From an uncultured Planctomycetales bacterium (GTDB lineage: Bacteria > Planctomycetota > UBA1135), in assembly GCA_964482495.1 (NCBI GenBank), contig CAYZXS010000021.1:658-64657 (forward strand): DNA of 64,000 nt, written 5' to 3'. Position 1 is the stretch's first letter. Every line of letters begins with the position of its first letter. A program made the translations under genes and the position numbers. Of this stretch, positions 27,855 to 35,637 are shown in pieces. Under the pieces are notes generated by a model. It saw only the letters and a program-made list of their open reading frames with translations. It had not been told where the DNA came from and ran no database searches.

Positions 27855-28585
27855 AGGGCGTCCTGCTCGCTGGCGGCCAAGGCACCCGGCTGCAGGGCAT
27901 GACGCGGGGCGGCAACAAGCACCTGCTCCCGGTGGGCGGGGCGCCGATGATCACTCACGGCCTGGAGAAGCTCGCCCGCGCCGGCATCGAGGAGGTCCTG
28001 CTGGTCACCGGCAGCCACCACCTCGCGGACTTCGAGACCTTCCTCAGTTCAACCCCGTTCCCCGATCTCCGGATCGAACTCGTGGCCCAGGAACGCCCGG
28101 GCGGCATCGGCGAGGGCCTCGCCCTGTGCCGGCGCCCCTTAGGGGATGGGGAGGAGCCGGTGGTCCTGCTCCTCGGCGACAACCTCTTCGAGCAACCCTT
28201 GGCTCCCTTGCTGCGCGACTGGCGTCGAGGCGGGGCGCCCGCCCGGATTCACCTCATCCCGGTGAAGGACCCAGAGCGCTTCGGGATCGCGACCCTCGAG
28301 GATGGTGCCCTCGTTCGGCTGACGGAGAAGCCTCCCCGTCCGGAGAGCTGCCTCGCAGTGGTCGGCCTGTACTTCCTCCCCGCCTCTGCCGCCGAGATCG
28401 CCCGCCAGGCGCCCCCCTCGGCCCGCGGGGAGGTGGAGATCATCACGATCCTGCAGCACTACCTCCGCCGCGGGGAGCTCGACCACGCCCGACTCGAAGG
28501 CTGGTGGGTCGACGCAGGCACCCCGGCCAGCCTCGCGGAGGCCGAGGCTCGAATCCGCGGGAATTCCCCGGACGCCCCGTCTTGA
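27851..28585 (+). CDS. rfbA: Glucose-1-phosphate thymidylyltransferase, short form
   Basis: TTG start overlapping upstream stop; KGVLLAGGQGTRL, NKHLLPV, PERFGIA, EKP, SARGEVEI, WWVDAGT. Confidence 0.88.
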   Translation: MKGVLLAGGQGTRLQGMTRGGNKHLLPVGGAPMITHGLEKLARAGIEEVLLVTGSHHLADFETFLSSTPFPDLRIELVAQERPGGIGEGLALCRRPLGDGEEPVVLLLGDNLFEQPLAPLLRDWRRGGAPARIHLIPVKDPERFGIATLEDGALVRLTEKPPRPESCLAVVGLYFLPASAAEIARQAPPSARGEVEIITILQHYLRRGELDHARLEGWWVDAGTPASLAEAEARIRGNSPDAPS

Positions 28586-28924
28586 GCCCTCCGAGGGGTC
28601 AAACAGGGCTGGCGCGGGCACGACAAGCCCTTATTCAGCGGCAAACCATTTACCTTAAATAGCTTACGCCAATCACGGCGAGCCAGACGCAATTCGGCCA
28701 AACCGAGTTCCGAGAAATACCATTTTTCTATAAAGTCCGTGGGAATCGCCGAAGTTGGCCAAATTTTTCTCCGTCTTCGCTGGCACTCTGCCCGATTATG
28801 GAATACAAATCAATCAACGGAGTCTCAGCCACTCGGCTGTGTTCGCCGCCCCCTCAGGGCATCGATATGACTCCTTCTCCCCCATCCTCATCCCTACCTA
28901 GGCAACAGGAGTAACGGAAAGCTC

Positions 28925-30061
28925 ATGTGGCGTAACATTCTCACTGGCGTCGCCGCCGTCGCAATCTGCGCTGGCGTGTCCGCGCAACAAACTCACAAGG
29001 TCCAGTCCAAGGAAGGTGTCAACGTCCAGTACCTGGGCACCTACAGCTTCGCTGACAACGCGTGGAGCGGCTCCGCTCGCGCCGGTTCGCGCACCCTGTA
29101 CAACTGCACCACCCCGGGCAACTACTACAGCACCGTCGGCAACAGCTCGGCCACCAACGCCGACCACCTGTGGATCGACGAAGGCAAGATCGCCGATAGC
29201 AACGCCTCCGCCATTGACCAGGTCAACGGCTTCGACTTTGCTTACTGCTCCAGAGACCTGGACCTGTCCGGCAACAGCAGCAGCATTCGGATCGTCTTCT
29301 ACGACGATTACGTCCCCTGCACCGCTCCGCCGGCCGCGACCTGCGACTACATCATCTCCGGTCTGCCGCTGTCCTCCACGGGCAACACGCAGTGCTGGGG
29401 TGTCGGCATTGACCTCGAAGGCGGCTTCGAGTGCTCGACCGACCTGGCCGACATGTTCAACACCACCGAAGCTGGCGTCGCTGATCGCTACTTCGGCTGG
29501 GCCTTCGGTGCCAACCCGGGCCTCACGAACATGAACAACACTGGTCCGATCCTCGACCTGCCCTGCGCCACCCCGGTCGTCCTGAACGGCTGCGGCTCGG
29601 GCAACGAGAACTTCTTCTACTGGGAAGACCCCGCTGCTGCCTGGTCCGGTTGCTACTGGTTCGGTGGTGTGCCGTGGGGCTCCTTCAGCATGAAGATGGT
29701 CGGTGGCGCCACGAACGCCTTCGCCTACGGCCATGCCAACAACACCCTCGGCCTCGCCAGCACCGACTTCGCTGGTGGCTCGAACGTGACCTTCACCGCC
29801 ACTGGCCAAGGCGCCGGTAGCGCCCTGTACCTGCTGGCGGCCCCGGCCTCCGGTAGCGTCATCCTGCCCGCCGGTGAGCTGGTCATCTCGACCTCCTTCT
29901 ACCCGGGCATCCCGTTCGCCATGGACTTCGCCACGGGCGCTCTGACCGCCTCCGTGCCGGCCGCCGTCGCGGTTGCCTACGTCCAAGCCGCCGAGACCAC
30001 CGGCCCGGCCACCCCCGGCGCCCTGGTCGCTCTGTCGAACGGTCTCTACTGCCTCGGTTGA
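28925..30061 (+). CDS. Secreted Ala/Gly/Ser/Thr/Asn-rich, Cys-containing protein; candidate major surface protein
   Basis: Signal peptide ending VSA-Q; AGGAG upstream; codon style unlike neighbours (many GCT/GGT/ACT, AAC); own strong terminator. Confidence 0.8.
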   Translation: MWRNILTGVAAVAICAGVSAQQTHKVQSKEGVNVQYLGTYSFADNAWSGSARAGSRTLYNCTTPGNYYSTVGNSSATNADHLWIDEGKIADSNASAIDQVNGFDFAYCSRDLDLSGNSSSIRIVFYDDYVPCTAPPAATCDYIISGLPLSSTGNTQCWGVGIDLEGGFECSTDLADMFNTTEAGVADRYFGWAFGANPGLTNMNNTGPILDLPCATPVVLNGCGSGNENFFYWEDPAAAWSGCYWFGGVPWGSFSMKMVGGATNAFAYGHANNTLGLASTDFAGGSNVTFTATGQGAGSALYLLAAPASGSVILPAGELVISTSFYPGIPFAMDFATGALTASVPAAVAVAYVQAAETTGPATPGALVALSNGLYCLG

Positions 30062-30085
30062 TCCTTCTGGATCTCTGAAGCTTTG

Positions 30086-30121
30086 CACCCCGTCGCTTCG
30101 GCGACGGGGTGTTCTCTTTTT
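30086..30121 (+). terminator. Intrinsic terminator
   Basis: CACCCCGTCGC-TTCG-GCGACGGGGTG then TTCTCTTTTT. Confidence 0.9.
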
Positions 30122-30189
30122 ATCGGCGCCGCGGCGGCCCGCTGCGGGCGACGGCGCCGGCGCATTGCGCCGACCAGACCGGCCTGGCT

Positions 30190-30195
30190 TAGGAT
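30190..30195 (+). promoter_or_regulatory. -10 element, leaderless-type
   Basis: TAGGAT 6 nt before GTG 30202. Confidence 0.55.
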
Positions 30196-30201
30196 AGGAC
30201 G

Positions 30202-32211
30202 GTGATGCGGCGCGCCTCCTTGCTCCTCTTCTTCCCCGCCTCGGCGGCGCTCGCTCTGGGCGCCCTCCAAGATCCGGCGAGGACGATCGCGATCGAGCCT
30301 GGATTCCACCACCTCGGCGACGACCGGACTCCGGAGTGGCCGGAAGCCCCGGAGGCGCCCTCCACGGCCCCGCTAGAGCTCACCTTCCAGGCCGAGGCCA
30401 ATCCCCGGCCCTGGACCCTGCGGTGGCGTCAGCGGCACGTAGACAGCGCCTGGCAGGTGCTCCTCAACGGCCTTCCGCTGGGGAGCCTCCCCACCGGCGC
30501 CGATCTGGGGCGGCACCACCTCGCCGTGCCCGCTCAGTCGGTCCGGGACGGCGCCAACGTGCTCCGAGTCGAGGGCGGGAACCCGAGCGATGACTTCACC
30601 ATCGGGGAGCTGGAACTGCTTCCCCGGCCCTTCCATGAGGTGCTCGGCCTCGGGAGACTCCAGGTGGAGGTCCGCAGCGCCGATGGCGGACTGACGCCCT
30701 GCCGCCTCACCCTGACCCAGGCGCCGGCCCCTGCTCCGACCCTCCACGCCGAGCCCAGCGCCCCCTTCGTCCCGCTGCGGCCGGGGATCGCCTACACCGA
30801 CCAGGGTCGAGCGGACTTCTGGCTGCCCGCCGGGCCGACCTCGGTCTACGCCTCGCGCGGCGTCGAGTGGAGCCGCGCGCTCGAACAGGTCGAGGTGGTG
30901 GAAGGTGAGACAGCCCGGGTCTCACTGGTCCTGGAGCGCCAGTTCCAAACCGACGGCTTCGTCGCGGCGGACACCCACATCCACACCCTGACCTTCAGCG
31001 GCCACGGGGACTCGAGCCTGGATGAGCGGCTCCACACCCTCGCGGGAGAGGGCGTCGAGCTGGCGATCGCCACCGATCATAATCACCAAACCGATTACGG
31101 CCCGCGGCAGCGCCAGCTCGGCCTCTCCGATTGGTTCACGCCGGTCATCGGCAACGAGGTCACGACCGAGAACGGGCACTTCAACGCCTTCCCCTTCCAG
31201 GCAGAGGCAGCGCTGCCGAATCACCGTCTCCCGAAATGGGCTGACCTCGTGACGGAGATGCGCTCCAAGGGTGCGCGGGTCGTGATCCTCAATCACCCGC
31301 GCTGGCCGGTCGGCGACAGCCCCTTCGACCTGGCGGGCCTCCACGCCGGCAGCGGCGGCGCCCGGCGCGCGCTGGAGCTGGAGATGGACGCCTTCGAGCT
31401 CTTCAATAGCACCACCCCTGAAGTCCACCCCGAGGTCCTGCTCCAGGATTGGTTCGGCCTCCTCAACGCCGGCTACCGCTTGACGGCCGTGGGCTCCTCC
31501 GACTCCCACACGGTCGGCGACTCGGTCGGGCAAGGGAGGAGCTACGTCCGCTCCGAGGCGGCCGCCTCATCCGCGATCGACGTGGACGCCGCCTGCGACT
31601 CCTTCCTCGAGGGAGCCGTCTCCTGCAGCCTCGGGCTGTTCGCCGATCTCCTGGTCAACGGCAGGTCGGCGATGGGCAGCGAACGGGTCCAGCCGGTGGA
31701 CGGCTTCGCTTTCCAGCTCCGGGTCGCTGCGCCGCATTGGGCCAGGGCGGAGACCGCCTCCGTCTACCGCAACGGCCGGCTGGTGGAGGAGCGCCGGCTC
31801 CCGCCCCCCGGCGAGGGGCCTACCGACCTGCTGCTGGACTTCCGGTTGCCGCCGATCGCTGGAGACTCCTGGGTGGTCTGCGTGGTCCGCGGCCCGAAGG
31901 TCGAGGAGCCGTTCTGGAGCACCAAGATGCCGTATTCGGCGGCCGTGACGAACCCGGTGTGGCTGGACGACGGCGACGGGGCCTGGCGCAGCGTGCGAGC
32001 GGAAGTGGAGGCCTGGCTCGAGGCGGACTCCATCGACGCCAGCCACCTGAGGAGCCTGCTCGGCGCAGCCCGCGCCGAACACCTGGAACAGGCTGGGTTG
32101 CTCCTCCTGCGGCGCCACCCTGCTATCTTCGATTCGCTCCGGGACGCAGCGGGGCCGCACCGCCCGGTCTTCCAGCGCCTCCACGAGCACTTCCGGCCCG
32201 TCACCCAATGA
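30202..32211 (+). CDS. Secreted CehA/McbA-family (PHP-like) metallohydrolase
   Basis: ADTHIHT, IATDHN, GNEVTT..GHFNAF, LNHPR, GSSDSH metal-binding motifs. Confidence 0.87.
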   Translation: MMRRASLLLFFPASAALALGALQDPARTIAIEPGFHHLGDDRTPEWPEAPEAPSTAPLELTFQAEANPRPWTLRWRQRHVDSAWQVLLNGLPLGSLPTGADLGRHHLAVPAQSVRDGANVLRVEGGNPSDDFTIGELELLPRPFHEVLGLGRLQVEVRSADGGLTPCRLTLTQAPAPAPTLHAEPSAPFVPLRPGIAYTDQGRADFWLPAGPTSVYASRGVEWSRALEQVEVVEGETARVSLVLERQFQTDGFVAADTHIHTLTFSGHGDSSLDERLHTLAGEGVELAIATDHNHQTDYGPRQRQLGLSDWFTPVIGNEVTTENGHFNAFPFQAEAALPNHRLPKWADLVTEMRSKGARVVILNHPRWPVGDSPFDLAGLHAGSGGARRALELEMDAFELFNSTTPEVHPEVLLQDWFGLLNAGYRLTAVGSSDSHTVGDSVGQGRSYVRSEAAASSAIDVDAACDSFLEGAVSCSLGLFADLLVNGRSAMGSERVQPVDGFAFQLRVAAPHWARAETASVYRNGRLVEERRLPPPGEGPTDLLLDFRLPPIAGDSWVVCVVRGPKVEEPFWSTKMPYSAAVTNPVWLDDGDGAWRSVRAEVEAWLEADSIDASHLRSLLGAARAEHLEQAGLLLLRRHPAIFDSLRDAAGPHRPVFQRLHEHFRPVTQ

Positions 32212-33713
32212 TCCTCGCCCTGCTGCTCAGCGCGCTGACGACTCCAGTCACCGACGCCCAGGATCCTCCGGTCCGCCACTCTGCCTGGACCGCAGCGCAG
32301 GTCCACCGCGCGGCCGGCTCCCCGGTAGTGGGAGCAACGCTCGCGCAGGGCCAGCTCACCATTGGCCCCGGCCAGCGCATCCGCTTCGCCCTCCCGCTCG
32401 ACGGCGGTTGCCGGTCCGTCGGCCTCTGGTGGCGCGGAACAGGCGGCCGCTGGCGAGCGTCCTTCGAGGAAACGGAAAGCAGCCTCCTGCAGCTGCCCGA
32501 ATCCGCTGACCTCTCTCCTGGAGTGTCCGGACCTCGCGGCCGCGCCGGCGCCTCCCGGGTCACCGGCCTGCTCCACCGCTACGCCGGGGAGGGCACAGAG
32601 CTCTACCTCGAATTGACCGGCCCCGCCACGCTGGAAGACCTGAGCTGGGTCCAGATCGCGCCCGCGTCAGGAGCTGCCTCCCCGACCTCGGCCTCGCCGC
32701 CGGCCCTGCCGCCGACGACCCTCTCCGCCGCCGCCAATTACCCCAAGCCCGGCGTCGAGGCGCGCGCCCAATGGGGCGCAGACCCGCCCGCCTGCAGCCC
32801 GGGCTACTGCACCGTCACCCACCTCGCCATCCACCACACTGCGGGCGCCAACGAGTACCTCAGCCCCGGCTACGCTCAGTGCGCCGCGAACGTCAAGGCG
32901 ATCCAGAGCTACCACATGTACTCCCGGGGCTGGTGCGACATCGGCTACCAGTACCTAGTCTGCGTCCACGGCAGGATCTGGGAGGGCAGGGCCGGCGGCG
33001 ACGACGTCATCGGCGCCCATGACGCCCACAACTGCGGCTCGATGGCGACCGCCTTCATGGGTTACTTCCACAGCCCGTACTCTCAGCAGCCGACCCAGGG
33101 AATGCTCGACGCCATGGCGGAGCTCGGCGCCTGGAAGTGCGACCAGCGGGGCATCGACCCGCTCGGCAGCTCCTGGTATGCCGGCCTAGGCGGCATCATG
33201 GACAACCTCTACGGCCACCGAGACGTCGGCAGCACCTCCTGTCCGGGAGACCTGCTCTACGCCCAGCTCCCGGGGCTGCGCGCGGCGATCGACGGCCGCC
33301 TCAGCGGCGGCAGCTGGTCCTTGGTCCTCGACAACCCGCTCGCCCACTACAGCGGCAGCTGGTCCACCGGCACCTCCTCGAGCGACAAGTACGGCCCCGA
33401 CTACCGCTGGGCCAGCACCGGCGCCGCGCCAGCCAGGGCCTGGTGGACGCCGGCCCTCCCTCAAGCAGGCCGCTACGAGATCTCGATGTGGTGGCCGGCC
33501 GGGAGCAACCGCAACCCTGCCACCCGGGTGGGCCTGGTCATTCAAGGAAAGCTCCACACCACGACCGTCGACCAGCGGCTCCAGGGCGGGCGCTGGAACG
33601 TCCTCGGCACCGCCTGGCTGCCCGCCGGCGCGACCACCCCGATCGGCTTGTCCAACGAAGGCCCGCCCGGCTCCGTGGTGATGGCCGACGCGATCCGCCT
33701 GATCCGGCGCTAA
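32208..33713 (+). CDS. N-acetylmuramoyl-L-alanine amidase (Amidase_2/PGRP type) with C-terminal golvesin/Xly CBD-like domain
   Basis: ATG 32208 overlaps upstream stop; signal peptide; IHHTAG, WCDIGYQYLV, GAH, GHRDVGSTSCPG; GRYEISMWWP..SNR C-domain. Confidence 0.88.
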   Translation: MILALLLSALTTPVTDAQDPPVRHSAWTAAQVHRAAGSPVVGATLAQGQLTIGPGQRIRFALPLDGGCRSVGLWWRGTGGRWRASFEETESSLLQLPESADLSPGVSGPRGRAGASRVTGLLHRYAGEGTELYLELTGPATLEDLSWVQIAPASGAASPTSASPPALPPTTLSAAANYPKPGVEARAQWGADPPACSPGYCTVTHLAIHHTAGANEYLSPGYAQCAANVKAIQSYHMYSRGWCDIGYQYLVCVHGRIWEGRAGGDDVIGAHDAHNCGSMATAFMGYFHSPYSQQPTQGMLDAMAELGAWKCDQRGIDPLGSSWYAGLGGIMDNLYGHRDVGSTSCPGDLLYAQLPGLRAAIDGRLSGGSWSLVLDNPLAHYSGSWSTGTSSSDKYGPDYRWASTGAAPARAWWTPALPQAGRYEISMWWPAGSNRNPATRVGLVIQGKLHTTTVDQRLQGGRWNVLGTAWLPAGATTPIGLSNEGPPGSVVMADAIRLIRR

Positions 33714-33731
33714 GCTCTTGGCCTGTTCGCG

Positions 33732-34322
33732 ATGACCCGCATCCTCCTCCAAGCCACCCTCTTCCTCGCGATCTCGGCCGCGGCCGGCCTGATCGGGAAT
33801 TGGCTGCACCCCGGCGGCCTCGACCTCGGCCGAGACTACTTCCTGGCCGACCGCGTGGAGACTGCCCCGGATGAGCCAGGGCCGGATGAACCGCGCACGA
33901 ACGGGAGCGGAGCCGGCACGGACGACCCCGCCTTCGGCTTCCAGCAGGTCGGAATCGAGGACGCCAAGACCTGGTGGGAGCACAGCTGGTCCGAAGACAC
34001 CGGCCAGTGGAACGAAGCCAACGGCATCTTCTTCCTCGACGCCAGGAGGAAGAAGTCCTTTGATACTCGCCACATCCCCGGGGCCTTCCTCGCCGATCCC
34101 TGGGACCGGGAGAAAGAGGACATCATCGACGCCGACCTCGCCGAACGGCTGAGGCAGGCGATGGCCGTGATCGTCTACTGCAACGGCGGCGACTGCGATG
34201 ACAGCAAGACCGTGGCAGTCAAGCTCAAGTTCACGCACCAGGTTCCGGAGGAGCTGATCTCCATCTACACCGGTGGCTTCGAGGAGTGGCGCGCGGCGGG
34301 GCTGCCGACGACCGAGGGATGA
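33732..34322 (+). CDS. Membrane-anchored rhodanese-domain protein
   Basis: N-terminal TM, FLDARR....HIPGA, YCNGGDCDDS, YTGGFEEW. Confidence 0.85.
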   Translation: MTRILLQATLFLAISAAAGLIGNWLHPGGLDLGRDYFLADRVETAPDEPGPDEPRTNGSGAGTDDPAFGFQQVGIEDAKTWWEHSWSEDTGQWNEANGIFFLDARRKKSFDTRHIPGAFLADPWDREKEDIIDADLAERLRQAMAVIVYCNGGDCDDSKTVAVKLKFTHQVPEELISIYTGGFEEWRAAGLPTTEG

Positions 34323-34795
34323 GCCGCCGCGCCTCCCCCGCCGGCCTGCTGCTGCTCGCCGCCTGCCTCATCGGCGGCGGCGGCATGGCTTGGTTCGGCC
34401 TGCAGAAGCTCGGAGACCCGGTGGCCTTCCTGAAGGCGATCCGGGAGTACCACATCGTTCCCTCCGACTGGCCCGTGGCCATGAATCTGCTCGCGGTCTG
34501 GCTCCCCGCGATCGAGGTGATCGGTGGCGCCCTCTTGATCCTGAACCTATGGCGCAGGGGCACCGCCTTGGTCCTGAGCTCGATGCTCGCGGCCTTCACC
34601 GTCGCCGTCACCCTCCGCGCCGTGGACATCCACGGCGACATCGGCGGCGCCTTCTGTGACGTGAAGTTCGACTGCGGCTGCGGCACTGGCGAGGTATTCA
34701 TCTGCACCAAGCTGGTCGAGAACCTGCTGCTGCTGCTCTGCTGCGTGTATGCCGCCATCTCGAAGGCGGAGCGTCCGCTCTCCCTGGGCCGTTGA
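34319..34795 (+). CDS. MauE/DoxX family membrane protein
   Basis: GLQKLGDP..F, LP.IEVIGG.LL, DCGCG motif; paired with a rhodanese as is typical. Confidence 0.85.
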   Translation: MSRRASPAGLLLLAACLIGGGGMAWFGLQKLGDPVAFLKAIREYHIVPSDWPVAMNLLAVWLPAIEVIGGALLILNLWRRGTALVLSSMLAAFTVAVTLRAVDIHGDIGGAFCDVKFDCGCGTGEVFICTKLVENLLLLLCCVYAAISKAERPLSLGR

Positions 34796-35637
34796 TGGAG
34801 CCGCCGCTTGGGCAGACCAGGGTCAGAGCCGCGGACGGGACCGAGCTCCTGCTCCGCCGCTGGCAGCCCGATGGCCCCGCCCGCGCCGACATCCTGCTCG
34901 TCCACGGCCTGGGCGAGCACCTCGGCCGCTATGAACGGACGGCCTCCTCGCTCGCCCAGCGCGGCTTCTCCGTCCAGGGCGTGGACCTGCGAGGCCACGG
35001 CGAGTCCGACGGGAGGCGGGGCCACGTCGATCGTTGGAGCGATTTCCACGCCGACCTGGATGCGGCCTCCTCCGGTCTCCGCTCACCCTTCCTCCTGCTC
35101 GCGCACTCGATGGGCGGCCTGGTCGCCCTGGACTGGCTGCGGGAGCGCAGGGACCGGGTGAGCGCGGTCGTCCTTTCCTCGCCGCTGCTCGGGGTGGCGG
35201 TCGCTGCGCCCCGGTGGAAGGTGGCCCTGGGACGCCTGCTCTCCAAGGTCGCGCCGCGCCTGCCGCTCTCGAATGAGCTCGAGGCCGACGGCGTCTGCTC
35301 GGATCCTGAGGTCGTCGAGCGGTACCTCGCCGACCCGCTGGTCTTCCGCTCGATCACCCCAAGGTGGTTCGTGGAGATGGAGGCGGCGCTCGAGCGGGTC
35401 CACGGCTCCTGCCCATCCTTCGCGCAGCCGCTCTACCTGAACCTCGCCGGAGACGAGCGCCTGGTCAGCAACCCGCACGCGCTCGCTGCGGCGGACGCCT
35501 GGGGCGGCCCCGTCCACCGCGTGGTCTGGGACGGCCTCCGCCACGAGACCCTCAATGAGAAGCGCGGCCCCGAGGTCCTCGGCAAGATCGCCGACTGGCT
35601 GATGGAGCGGACCGGACCGATCCCCGCCTGCCCCTAG
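34795..35637 (+). CDS. Alpha/beta hydrolase, lysophospholipase/monoglyceride lipase-like
   Basis: VHGLGEH..RY, DLRGHG.S, AHSMGG nucleophile elbow, HETLNE. Confidence 0.9.
   Translation: MEPPLGQTRVRAADGTELLLRRWQPDGPARADILLVHGLGEHLGRYERTASSLAQRGFSVQGVDLRGHGESDGRRGHVDRWSDFHADLDAASSGLRSPFLLLAHSMGGLVALDWLRERRDRVSAVVLSSPLLGVAVAAPRWKVALGRLLSKVAPRLPLSNELEADGVCSDPEVVERYLADPLVFRSITPRWFVEMEAALERVHGSCPSFAQPLYLNLAGDERLVSNPHALAAADAWGGPVHRVVWDGLRHETLNEKRGPEVLGKIADWLMERTGPIPACP

Noticed and set aside
28640-28704. c-di-GMP-I (GEMM) riboswitch-like words GGCAAACC, GACGCAA and GGCCAAAC
   Set aside because: Spacing between the first two words is 38 nt rather than about 14, there is no GNRA-capped stem closed by GG before GACGC, and the second stem is missing; a cmsearch with RF01051 would settle it
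28771-28790. sigma54 promoter from TGGCAC upstream of the surface-protein gene
   Set aside because: No GC at the required GG-N10-GC spacing
28586-30061. Horizontally acquired low-GC island
   Set aside because: Short, with no integrase, tRNA or flanking repeats; the codon shift looks like high-expression bias, not foreign origin
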